Source: Lingula anatina (taxonomy: Eukaryota > Animalia > Brachiopoda). From it: a stretch of 64,000 nucleotides of DNA. The DNA lies in contig CM120643.1 of assembly GCA_051362555.1 (NCBI GenBank), positions 19,472,848 to 19,536,847 on the forward strand, written 5' to 3'. Positions within the stretch are counted from its first letter, which is position 1. Every line of letters begins with the position of its first letter. Shown piece after piece: positions 24,801 to 37,429 of the stretch. The translations under genes were made by a program, and so were the position numbers. Below the pieces are notes generated by a model. It saw nothing but the letters and a program-made list of their open reading frames with translations, did not search any database and was not told the origin of the DNA.

Positions 24801-27800
24801 GCTCCACTCCTCATTCAAGTCAAAAACTAGAAACAACCCTCTAGTTGTATGAAAAATATTCCAGACCCCCTCTAGATGTATATATCAAATAGAACTATAA
24901 AAACCCTGTGTTGAGATTTTGTTTGTTTGTCAACAAAATAGTTGTTTACATAGGGTACACATAGAGAGGAACTAAATCAAAGATACTGCCCAGCTATGAG
25001 GATGTTGATTTTCTATTTCCCCTCTGGGTAACTGATTGCAGTTTTCTTCCTCTTTCATACTTGTATGCATTTGGGTCATCCTACGCATACGCCAACGTAT
25101 GAAACAAATGAACTGTTTGTGAACAGGTGGCTTTCGGTTCTTGGCCAGTTTTCCTCCTGCTTATGCAGCGGTTTTTATGTCAATATTTTGTTTGTTTTTT
25201 TTTTCAAAAAGAGGTTAGGAACCTGCATACAAATAACCATGATTCTGAAGTGTTTTTACCCAGTGGAATGTTTTTCCTTCATTTTATTTTTTCTTACTTC
25301 TATTCCTTTAAATTTACTTCAGAGAAGTGGTGAGATATAACAACTATCATTTGGGTCCCATCATTTTTGATTTTTTCCTCTGATCTTTCTTTGTTTTGTT
25401 TTTGTGTTTGGAGCATGCATTCTATTGTAAATAACATTTAACATATTTCTTTTCACCTTCCTCTCCCCAAGTGGTCAGTGGTACACAGCTTCATTAGTGT
25501 GTTTGACATTTACATCACTGGTTCGATCATCAGTATATGTCATTGTATTTTTTCTCTAAATTCTCTTGATTAAAGAAGAAAAACAATGACTATTTTCAGC
25601 TTCCTCTCCCCAAGTCATTATGTGCCCATATTTAATGGCATCATCATTTCATTGTATGCCTTCATCAAGGTATGAGATTTTAACTTATTCCATTTTATCA
25701 AGAAACAACCCTAATTTAGTCATAACTTTTATTTCCCAAATCAATACAAGAGCAATTCTTTATGATCCTCTTGTTCATCTGTGTTATCTGTGTCTTTTCA
25801 TGGAAAATATGGGACAGTTTTTCAACTTAAAAGGTTTAAATAAACCTCTGAATTAGCATAAATAAATTTTTTTCTTCCTCTCCCCAAGCAGTTTTGAGCC
25901 CATTTAATTTATCCTCATCAACATCAACATTGATAACATAAAAACCCTCTAAAATCATCTTTGCAGTCTTTCCCATATGCCTCTCCCCAGATGTCGAGTG
26001 GCCCAATTACTATCTTCTTCATCGTCATCTCTGTTAAACAAACATGATTGATATCACGTAGGACTTCCTTATCATCAGGTTTTGTTTTGAAAGTATATCC
26101 AATTTTTCCTTCTGCCTCTCCCCAAGTCATTACTGGACCACTTTATCATCATCATCATCATTAGCATCATCCATCATCTGAGCTTGGCAATTCCTTCTCA
26201 TTATCTGCATCGTATTATACTTGTGCCCTGTGAGTGTATTATTAATAGCGTACCAAGGAAGAGTAGGACAAGCAGGCTCATCTATTTAGCACTAAGTATG
26301 AGAAGTGGAGATAGACTTAGTGAGCTATATTATATGGGAATCTGTTGTCTGAATCGCTGAACTCTATGCCGTCTGTGGCAGTGACTCAGTTGTATTGAAT
26401 GGGAGGAGGAGAGGGAAATAGGTCGGAAGCGATATGGCTGTTATGGCGCGGGCAGCAGGCAGATTCAGGCTCTGCAGTACTTTCTGAAAGGCGGGCATTG
26501 TTCTGAGCAGTGCAGACCCTTATTGATCTTGGCATAATTGTTTGCTTAGTTATCAGCGCACAGGACCTGTGGATTTAATTTGTGACTACTGAAGAAGAGG
26601 AGGAGGAAAATGTACTCAGCTGGAGAATAATTCATGAAGAAGAGATATAATCTTGTTTTGAGTGTTGGATAGCTGAACTGGGTTACCAGTGTGTTTGTTA
26701 TATTGGTGATAGGAAGTTGAGGTGATCCACAGACCTAAATGATGAACCAAGAAGATGAGGAGGATTAAATTTAATATGAAGTGAAGGATTGTATCATATG
26801 TACCATAGTTAGATGTTTCTTTATGAGAAAGAAAAACTATTTGAGCAGTATTGATATTGGTTGGCAGAAATATGGATTTTCATGATTATGTGTGCATAAG
26901 AATGGACCAATAGAATACCAGAATGGAAAAGAAGAGAAAAACAGTCAAGAAACCCTTCATTTTTTACATCACTTCTTAGGGAGAAAAACTACTTATCATT
27001 GAGTTTAGAGCATAGATGTAATAATTTTGTGAAGACTTGACCAGATTTCTCTTAAACTGAGCACCGTCTTGAAACAAGATACAATGCCCTTAGTAGTAAA
27101 GATTTGGTTATTTTATAACTGTCACAGGACATAGGAGTCAGCTTGGGATGTAGAGAAGAAAGAATCAGGAGAAGAAAGATAGAAGCCACCACCTTTGTAA
27201 AATATTCAACAGATTACCATGTATTGATTTTGCATTTCATCAGTAGCAAATAATTGGATACAGAGTCTGTAGATGCTTAGAGCAACCCAGGTCCATTTGC
27301 TCTCAACAAGTGGGGATGAAGAAAAAGCTGTTAATCAGCTGATAAAAAAATATGTGGCTTGTCTTGCATAGAGATTTTTGTAGCAGACGGAATTTAAGTC
27401 GACTTCAAATGTTCAGTAATGGTGCAGCCTCCTACTCACAGTGAGTTAAATGGAATGGATTTTTTCTTTTATTTGCTCTCTCCTTTTTGATTGTAACATA
27501 GAACCACTGAAATGGGGCAATTTCAAACAAAGGCACCACATCTCAAGATAATTTTTTGAGAATACCAGTTCTTCCTACTCTTGCTTTTTTTCTCTTTATA
27601 CACAATATCCCAAAAAGAACTGGGAGAGGAAAATATTTGGAAACAAATTCTGAATATAGAAAATCAATTAACAAAAAGTTTGATAAAACAACAGTAATGT
27701 TTTCTTTCTTTCATTTGTCTCCTGTGAAAATAACATAAGTATCATTAATGCTGAAAGTGCATGTGACCTGGATCTGGATCCTGATAAATTCCAGTGGGAA

Positions 27801-28477
27801 TTTCGAGTGGGACATATGGCACTTCTTCAGAAGAAGCAGATACAGATAAGGAAAACACTGAAGTTTGTATTGCTGCTACCTTGTGTGCACATCTAATGGT
27901 TCTTTCTGACTAAGAATAAATGCCTACCAGAGGCCCAAAGAGGAAGTAGAAACTATGGAAGTGAAATTTAGGGTAAACTCAGGATTTTTTTTTAAACTTT
28001 AGCAACTCAGTAGCTGCTGAGCACTGTATTCATCAAATAGAAACCCACATGTTTCATTCTAGAACATTTTGGAAATTTGAGGACTTTTCCCCCCTTATCT
28101 AACTTTATTTAACTTAAAGACTCTACGTCATTTAGCTTTATTCAAATGAAGACGATCTCAGTTAGGAAAGTCTGCATCCCTCATGAAGATATGGGTGCTT
28201 CATAAACCAAACAAGCCATAGTTTAACACTTCTATTGTGATGTTTACTAACATTGAAGAAATTCCAAGAAATTGGCATGTTTTGAATATTCCTGGAGATT
28301 CTTTCTTCTGAGAGGATAAAAAGATGGACAGAGAAAGGGAGGAAAAAATGGCCCCCAAACCAGACTTTGATAGGGTTAGTGATGCCTGCAGCTCAGCAGG
28401 GGAGGAAGGTTTGCCTCCCCCACCGCCATTGTACATGCCATATAATTTGATAAAATCTCGAGCAAGAAGTAAGTCAT

Positions 28478-28574
<97 letters not shown>

Positions 28575-28763
28575 CATAATCAGCATCATCATCATTCTTC
28601 CAGTTACATCATCCTTAAACTTTATTTACCTTTTTAAAATTTATTATGTGTATTTACTCTTATCTGTAACATTGTGACATATATAAAAAGGCAACATATT
28701 GGGGATTTATGTCTTAAATAATTTTACTTTAGAAAAAAATTAAATAATGAAACTTTCGTTGTG

Positions 28764-28798
<35 letters not shown>

Positions 28799-29660
28799 GA
28801 GGGAGCAAGTGAAAGAGAAAGAGATGTTAAGAAAAGTCAACCATGTACACATTTTTATGAAAATCACAGGAGATAATACAAAAAAGAAAAAAGTTCATTT
28901 CCAGGTCATGGTGCTTCATGGATCTGTGCTCTGTGGGCAAATGTTTAAGTCTGAGAGAAAAACAAAGACAAAACATATCAAAGTTCACCTAACAACTACA
29001 TTACCAAAACACATCAATTTATTTACTATTATTTGTTCATTATTTATTACTTCAGCTAAGGAGGTTGTGTTTTGCCTTTGTTGATTTTTTAGTTAACAGC
29101 CCATCTCAAAAACTTTTGATGTTATGATGGATTTTGATGTTATTTTTTGGATAGGTCAAAAATGGAATTAGAATCAACCAGATTTGGATGGTGATCCATT
29201 AATTAATTAATTAATGAGTATGAGAATTGAGACAACTTGGTTGAGGTATGCACTCTCTTAGTGCTTTTCTAATTCTGGCATACCTTTGATACAATAAATC
29301 AAAACAGATATTGCTTTTAACTTCACTTCAGATCATGTAACCAAAAGCCACGAGGGTGCCACCCCATACAAATGTAAGATCTGCAGCTACAGCAGCATCG
29401 ACAAGAGCACTTTGATGCGCCATCTACGAAGTCACAGTGGCGAGAGGCCATACCAGTGCCTGATATGTGAGCTAGCCTTTACCACAAAAGCTAACTGTGA
29501 AAGACACATCAGGTTTGTGCTTAAAAAAATTAATTATGTTATTGTTTTATATGAATGCGGGGTTGTGTCTATGTTTGTGGGTTATACAAACATATTGGAT
29601 GTAATTTTTGTATATTATATGCATTATTTCCAAGATGTCTTCTGTTTAGAGTCTTTACTG

Positions 29661-29695
<35 letters not shown>

Positions 29696-31259
29696 TTTTA
29701 GGTTAGTTTGTTGGGCTTTATTTACCAAGTCACCTTTGTTCTGTGAAGGCTAGATTCATTATTATAGAAAGTTATTTTCATGCTGTTCACTCTTTGTTTT
29801 CTGTTAAATTAAGGAAAGATTATAGAAGTTAATTCAATCATAATTATTTGAATTTAGGTCATTATTTGATATCTGTAACTGTCTTCAGAATTTTAATATC
29901 TTCATAGATATGATACTTTCGGAACAATCTCGGAACAAATTCAAAATAGATATGGGAGTATTTAATATTTACTTTTATAGGAATCTATAAATTTTTCAGA
30001 AACAAGCACAGAATAGAATCTAAGAGAGATGTGGAGCATAAGATTGGTTACAACCAGGAGATGGCGCAGAAGGCGGCCATGTCTGACGCCTTCCATTCCC
30101 CCGACACAATCTGCAAAACCTGCGGCGTTGACTTCAAATTCTTCCGTGATCTCAATAATCACCTGCGCACCAGCAGCTGTGCTCAGAAACCGTTTTTATG
30201 CAGCCTCTGTAACTCGGGCTTTTCAAACAAAGCCAACTGCCTCCGCCATTTACAGAATGTACATGTGGATCTTCGTGGTGAGATTGATTTTGACAAGTAT
30301 GTCATTTGTACTGGGGTTATGGCCAAAAAATCAATGGAGGAGGCAGGGAAAGATAAGCTGAGCCTCAAAGGTGGAAATCTTCCCCCACCACCTCCGTTAA
30401 AGCCCATGCCAGGGCTGATGCCAACCTTGAGCTCGTTTCCACAGCTTTGGATGTATTCCCCATTCGACCAGTCTGCTACTTCAAACTGGATGCTGGCTCC
30501 ATCTGGTGGCAGTAATGCAGACACTGAGCAAGGAGGGGATGGAGAGGGTGATGGAGCACAACTTCAGGACAGGTATTCCACCAGCTTGGAAAATAGTCAG
30601 GTCTTCCCCAGCGAGCAGGCTGGGAACAACACGTGTGGTGGCGATCAGGAAAAAAATAATCAGGAACTGGTCTCATCGTGGAAACAGAGGGATGAAGACA
30701 TAATACAGGGAGGAAGGTGTTATGGTGAAAATCTTCAGGACGTTTCATTATCAGATAGCTCTTCAGGGTATGTTAATGTTAAAAGCAACCTGGGCACAGT
30801 ATGGTCTGCTCTTAAAAATATTGACCAATCAATGACAAGAAAAAGAAGTCGCAAGGCGGTGATGCCGAGGAAGAGGCTGTTTGTTGCGAAAACTGTGCAG
30901 AAGGAGCCAGAATCAGGTAAAGAAATTATTTTCAAACTTTGAAATTGTCATTTACGTCTAGTTTAGAACTCGGCATAATTGTGCTGTTGTGCTGAAAAGT
31001 TTGTAATTTGAAATTTTGAAAATTAAATTTCTTTGTATTTACAAACATTTGTAAATTGTTAGTGATGTTGAATAAATTGGCAGGAAATCAAGTTCTTATT
31101 ATGGCTTATATGATTTTCTTTTAGAGAGTGAGTCTGAAAATGATATCGAGTTGACCATTTATTCAGAAGAGGAAGGTTCTTCACGGGAGAGACCTGAAAA
31201 AATACCTAGAACGTGCATGGACGTGGAAGACAAAGAGGTGATTGATTTATATTATGTGA

Positions 31260-31303
<44 letters not shown>

Positions 31304-34300
31304 ATGTACATGCATCTGTCTGTTTGTGTTTGTGTCTGTCTGTGGTTGTGTGTGTGTGTCTGTCTGTCATTTTAGTGGTCGATTAAATTTTGGAGATTTA
31401 AAATCTCAAAGTGAGCTATCCTTAATCCTGAATATATGCGGGACATAATAAAGTGAGATCCATAAAAAAAAAAGCCATTCAAGCTGGATAACAGTGGTTC
31501 AACAAAAAGACAATATCCATTGAGGCATTTATTTATTTATTTTTAATTATGCTTGCAGATCACTAAATCCGAGGAAGGCAGTGCAACTGAGATTACTCAG
31601 AGCAGTGCAGAGAACATCAAAGATGAGCCCAATTCAGAGTGTGTTATAGCGCCATCTAGTAGCAGTCCTAAGCATGATGCAGCAGCTACAAATCTAAAAG
31701 CATCCCCACAGAAATCAAAGGACAGCTCCAAGCCGTACACTTGTTCTTACTGTAACCGTGTCTTTCCTTGGACTAGCTCTCTGCAAAGGCATCTCTACTC
31801 TCATACTGGTAAGGCAAGACTGGGGATAAAATATTGTTATATATATATATATATATATATATCAAAAGTATCGACCATCAGAAGAAAAACAAACTTCTTC
31901 CCACCAAATGTTCTTGATGAGTTTGTAAATGTCTGCTTCTATATATATATCAATTTTCACCATTTTTGTTGCATCATCAGCAGACATTGAATTTAGCATC
32001 TGCTTAATGGATATAACTACGAAGAACTAAATTCATGTAGTTGTAGACGGGTCTTTTGCAAGTAATTTAAACCTTTTTACTCTCTTAGTTGATCCAACTT
32101 GACAAGATTGTAATTTTAAATCAGATTGGACCTTTTTCATCGATAAGGGTGATTATTTCACCCCCCCCTCAGAATCACATACACCTCCACCACATCCAGA
32201 GCCGACCTGCTTCAGGCCTGATAGAATGTGCTTGAAACAATGGATTATCAGCCAAGATTTAATTAACTACAGAGAACAAAAATCATAGTTGTAGTAATTG
32301 GTAATATTTCTGAAAATAATTTCTAAATTCAAGCTCTTATATCCTACATGTGATAAAGTTGGTGAGTAAATTGCTTCATTTGATAGCAAAATATTTCTAA
32401 TGTTTCTGAATAAATATTTGAAATGTTTGTTTCAGGTAAGTTAGTTATTGATTGGCAGTTTTAATAATATATTCCAAAAAATAATAAATTCTTCACCTGC
32501 TGTCAGAAGGGACTAAATTTTAAGTTTTAGATACAGATTGAAATTAAATGTACCAATTTAAAGCAGATTCTAATTGCACTTTTCAAAATATTTTCATAGC
32601 ATTTGTGAAGAAATATATTTCTTAGGTTTATCATGATGGAATGATATTTTTTCCATAGGACAAAAGCCTTTTGCCTGCCCAAAGTGTGACATGTCATTTT
32701 CCACTAAGTCCAATCGTGAGCGCCATCTATTGAGAAAACATGGCATGAACAGCTCAGATCCTGCTGTGAGACAGAACTATGACCGTCCATATAAATGTCA
32801 CCTCTGTGTGTTCAGTACTTTCTCTACAATTGGTAAGGGCTAGACTTCCTTTTAAGTTCTGTTATTTAATAGTCTTTCCCCATGTTATGATTTCCATTAG
32901 TTATATATTACTTTTTGTTCTGTCCTGGTTTGAAAAACCATTTGGTTAAACCAGTTATGTCTACTAGTTTCAGTAAAAATGCTTTTATTATTCAAATGAA
33001 TGAAATGCAAATTGTTAAAATGAGTTTTGGAGTTTGACATTGTATTAAATTCGTAAGTCTGTTTTTAAGTTCAGGAGAAACAGGAAAAGAGTGTGAATTT
33101 TCAAATTTAAAGTGGAAGTAAAATGTTTTTTTATATTCAACTCCACTCAGTTTTGTTATCTTGAAAGCCTGTTGGATAGATATAAGCTCCTTTTGTAAAG
33201 AAGTAGCTGTTTTAGAATTTGAATTAGATTTTGTGTTCATTTCTGCACTATATGCAGAATGCATCACAATGCATCACAAATCATATTGAATTCATCTTTA
33301 ATCTGTCAAATAAAAAATATGCTTTTTTTTTTGCTTTAGATAAAATGAAGAAGCACTTCAAAGAGAAACACCCTGATTCCCACCTTCCAGATGTTCATCA
33401 GCTAGGCGCTATTAGCAAGCAGGACAACAAAGCTGAGAATGAGGACCGTAAGGAGATGGAGGGGGACTTACTTCCTGTGGAACAAGTTGAAAATTTCCAC
33501 CAGTCTGAACTGAGCTTATGTAGTGACTTAGGGCAAACCAGCCAATCAGGTGATTCCACTCTTGGGAGTTTGGAGGACCAGGCCTTCATGTGCAGTAAAT
33601 GTCCAAATGTCTTTGAATCAAGAGTACTTCTTGCCAAGCACATTAGAGAGAAACACACTGATCATCCGTTCCGTTGTTATCTTCATCAATGCGACCTTTC
33701 ATATGAATCAAGGCAAGAGTGCTTAGAGCATATACACAGTTCACATCCAAACGAGTGGGAAAGTTTATCTAAACGCAATAAACTTCATGATATTGGAGAC
33801 TTTGTGGGCGAGCTTGAAGGTGCAGAAGCCTCAGCAGTGCCCTCTGTTGAGAAAGAAAGGAACAGTGGTGTGAGGGGGGAAGGTGGCGGCAGTGATGAGC
33901 TAGCACGGAAGGTCAGCTGTTCTCTGTGTTTGAAGAAATTTTGGTCAATACAGGATTTGAGGAGGCACATGCGCTCGCACACAGGTACGTCCTTGTTGCA
34001 AGATGGTGTAAGAAAACTTGATTTCAAAATATTGGCTAAATACTTTTGGGTGATTCCAAAGAAAAATTAATGAAAACAAAAACTGAATGTTGAAAAAATA
34101 CCAAATTAAATTTTGCAAGTTGCTATTTTCTTGCAGCCTCATATACAGGAATAGATCTATGCTTTAGAAATTTATCATATGAATGAAGCCTATAATTTGA
34201 ATGAAAATTGGCTCAAGAATGAGAAGGTGGCAAAGGCCGGGTGTAGTCTTATTATTTTTATATCATTGTGTTAACTTCAACACGCATTGCATAATAAATT

Positions 34301-34950
34301 ATATCTTACAGGGGTTGCAAGAGCTCCATTTGGTTTTTATTTACAAGTAGGGAAACAGCTCAGTTTGATCAGAAAAAGATTGTAATATTATTTTCTTATT
34401 TCACCAGGTGAGAAACCTTTTGCATGCAATTACTGTGGCAGACGGTTTTCTCTAAAGCACTCCATGATGAGACACAGGAAAACCCATCAAATTGAAGAGG
34501 ATCAAAATGAAGAACAGGGAGGCCAAGCTGCAGAGACTGCTGACCAGGTGAGTTACACACTAATTCCTGATTCATTATGAAAATAATGTTCCCAAAATAT
34601 CTTTGTCATAGCAGTTTCAATTATTTTCACATCCACCTCAGACCAAATATATACAAGATTCTTAATCCTAGAATAATCCTAAAGACCAATTCAAATTTTG
34701 CACATCTATGAATTTTTTATTACTTGTGTGCCATTTTGTTGTTTTAACTCTTATAATCTGTGCATTCTAGCCATGTTCCTATGCAGAAAACCAATCAGAT
34801 TGTTCCGATAGCGGTGGGGACGAGAGCATGGATGATAATTCTGTACTTCTACAGAATCTCCTTGGAGTGGAGCAGACGGCCATAGAGCAATTGCTAACAT
34901 CTGCAGATGATGCAGCAAAAATGCTGGGGGTCAACAATGGCAAGAATTAA
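8780..34950 (+). CDS. RREB1: Ras-responsive element-binding protein 1 (hindsight/pebbled-like) multi-C2H2 zinc-finger transcription factor, ~2605 aa, 12 coding exons
   Basis: Phase-consistent GT-AG exons: 8780-10246, 13981-14194, 19060-20474, 21575-23696, 29332-29512, 30000-30916, 31125-31237, 31559-31808, 32659-32832, 33340-33984, 34408-34547, 34771-34950. RREB1-family signatures: [103 protein letters not shown] and C-terminal QNLLGV...AAKMLGV. Confidence 0.92.
10270..10509. mobile_element. MITE (~240 bp), copy 1
   Basis: TIRs actcaatcttttcaatggg / cccattgaaaagactgagt (18/19 match); second copy at ~16787-17027. Confidence 0.8.
14416..14866. mobile_element. MITE-like inverted-repeat element with nested MITE
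   Basis: Imperfect inverted arms cttacatatt...tcacaatgaaacta / tagtttcattgtga...aatatgtaag. Confidence 0.6.
14557..14724. mobile_element. Nested MITE with CAGGGGCGGAT termini
   Basis: caggggcggat...atccgcccctg TIRs; tgaaa is duplicated on both flanks (14552-14556, 14725-14729). Confidence 0.7.
16305..16546 (+). mobile_element. Helentron/HINE-like non-autonomous element
   Basis: aactagaaaaaacactcagagag...gacctcc head, (GACA)n microsatellite and acctccttggtggagtaa tail; related copy inverted at 29047-29274. Confidence 0.55.
16787..17027. mobile_element. MITE copy 2 (same family as 10270-10509)
   Basis: Colinear similarity including tggtagcaacaaaattaaaaa and aattatgtatttgaaagtttgat...cccattgaaaaga. 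Confidence 0.8.
17894..18088. mobile_element. Fold-back / palindromic MITE
   Basis: ~70-bp imperfect inverted arms (ctccctggggagtctcac...atgtctgtcacgcc / ggcgtgacagacatt...gtgagacttcccagggag). Confidence 0.7.
25457..26160. repeat. Degenerate tandem repeat, ~110-140 bp period, with cctctcccca(a)g core
   Basis: Core at ~25457, 25600, 25874, 25980 and 26115, usually followed by gccca...t(c)atcatc. Confidence 0.6.
28324..28468 (+). CDS. RREB1: Candidate alternative first coding exon of RREB1 (short isoform)
   Basis: ATG 28324 opens [55 protein letters not shown] donor at 28469 is phase 1 and joins in frame to the 29332 acceptor. Confidence 0.55.
28481..28570. repeat. (TC)n microsatellite
   Basis: ~45 TC units. 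Confidence 0.95.
29047..29274 (-). mobile_element. Helentron/HINE-like element, inverted copy
   Basis: Ends are reverse complements of the 16305-16546 termini. Confidence 0.5.
31261..31302. repeat. (TG)n microsatellite
   Basis: ~21 TG units. Confidence 0.95.
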
Positions 34951-37429
34951 TATAAAAAAACAGCCATTTAGAAAATCATTAGTGCCATTTGATAGAAAAA
35001 TAGTTTGTTTTACTTCTGATGAAAACTTAGCATGTCAGCGTCTGATGATGATGCGGGGGAAATATTGAAGTTGAAGCTAGTATTGGACAGTTTTCCATGA
35101 TCTCCAAGTATTTAAGTTAATATGCATGTTTATTTGTATTTCAACGTTGACCAAACATGCTAACAGTGCTGGCCATTTCAAAATACGTCTTGGCAAAAGA
35201 GTCAAGTTTTAGATTCACACAGATGTGGGACATGTCTTTTACACTTTCAAGAACCATGCTTGTGGTAACGAAAATCCCTTGTATCCAAAGGAATATAAGG
35301 TCGAATAATTCATTTAAGAAATTGGGGGAAAAAGAAAAATTAAAGATCAAAATTTACAAAAAAAGGCATATTTAAAATGCTTACATATAATTCTAAAAGG
35401 AAAGAGATGGTAAATTAGTTTTTTTTTTTCATAATTTACACTAGATCATTAGATCTGTCATTTTGGCTTTGTTCTTTTTATTGCACGAAATAAGAGAAAT
35501 GTTTGAAAAATGGTTTGAAGGTACTGTGTAGAGTCATTTATATTGTTTTTGTGGTTCTTTCAGAAATGCTCAATACATAAATGTCACAGTTTTTCATATT
35601 ATAAACCCAGGTTTGATCAAGTAAAAATGTTAACAAGTTCACAAGTTGTCTGCTGCTAACTATGGCGCAAGCAGTACAGCTGTTTCGATTTTCTCTGACA
35701 AATCATTTCATTTGCTTTTCAAGTAAAGTGTTAAGATTTATATTTTGCTCTTCATTAGGAGGTAAAAGTATCAGATACTGATGATGCCAGTGCTGATATT
35801 AAGTAATAGTAATTGTTTCATCGTTTAAGAGGTAAAAGTGTGCAATTTTATACTCATCTCTGTAGCACAGGTGATTCTTTGTACATTAATAATTACCACT
35901 GGATTCTTTTGTAGCTTAGTATTATGCTAAACTTAGGTAGTTTCTTTGCCATTTCTTTGCAAAAAAAACATGCTTTATTCAATAAAAAAAAAGTACCTCA
36001 AATTGACATGACCTGTTACGTGTGAAGTACATGGGCAAAATTATAGTTACTTGTTTTTTGCCAGGGAAAATATATTTTTTTTATGTAGAAAAATGCTTAC
36101 TACACAAAGTACACTTTGCACTTTGGTATTCAGCTGTTTGACAAGTTGCCTCAGTGCTTTTTGCCGAAGTTTACTGGATATATGTAAATGATTGGCCTTT
36201 GGCTGATACAAAAAGTAGATAAGACACTACGCAACAGCTTCTTCCTTCCAGCTAGCATGAACTAATTCAAAATCTGTTAAGGTTTAGTTACAATGAGTTA
36301 CTGTTTAAGAACTTGTCCTGAAATATTCATTTCAAATAGATTATTGAACTATTAAAAATCAATGATAATTTGTAAATGAAAAATCAGCTGTATTATATAT
36401 AAGTATTGCGCTTTTGATTTAACGAAAAATGTTCTTTGATATTTTGTCAAGTTTTGTTCCACACTAGTTGTTCATATAGTATAGTAAACAGTACAAGGGC
36501 CTTATCAAATAACAAGATATTATGCCATCCTACTGCTCAATTAATGGGGGATTGGTCCAGTTCGGTACTGTTTATTATAGCCCACACAAAGTTAGCCATG
36601 ATAGCTAAGGGAAGACTTATTCCCATATTAATATACTACATACATATTTTGTAAAATTAATTTACATGTAACATGTGCATGAGTTAGTGATTGACCTCCA
36701 AGAACTGGATATATTAGAAGACAGTTATTTGCATGGCCGTTTACTCTTTCAACTACCATTTTCTTTGATATTGGTCACCACATGACTCACGCAGTAATAG
36801 TCTAGAAAGTCGAACAGCAGGACAACAGGTTTGTAGTCTAACATGGAATAAAGTTTGTCTTTGTAAATGGATATTAGAAAATCTTTTTGTTCTTGGGCTT
36901 CCAGCAGAGAAATACTTACATTTGATTCTAGATTTCAATCTATAATTCATGGGTCTCAGCAGTAATCGTGCCCACAGGTTGAGTTCTCCATATTCTTAAT
37001 GTTGCAAGAAACTAATTTCCAATTTGTATTTTTCTGAGATTCAGGAGACGGTCATCAGTTTACATGGAGAAATATTTATTTACATATATTTTGCATGACA
37101 AGTACTTGTGATACAATTTTAAGTATTTCTTTAAATAAGACTTGGGATTTCACATAAATAATGAAAAAGAAAATAAAACTTGTGATTTCACATTTAAATA
37201 ATGAAAAAAGTAACTGGTATAACTCATTCCCTCCAAATTCACTACAGGTCTATTGCAGCTTTCTCCTTAACGATGTTATCACTGACCACAGACCCTGCGA
37301 CTTCTCTGTTGCTGCCTTGTTCTCAACGTCATACACAAGGTCACCCTCCCCCTGAATCTCAAATCCATTACAAAGCAAATCAAACAGTTTCATTTATTTA
37401 TTTATTTTGCTGAATGTCCAGGATCCCAG

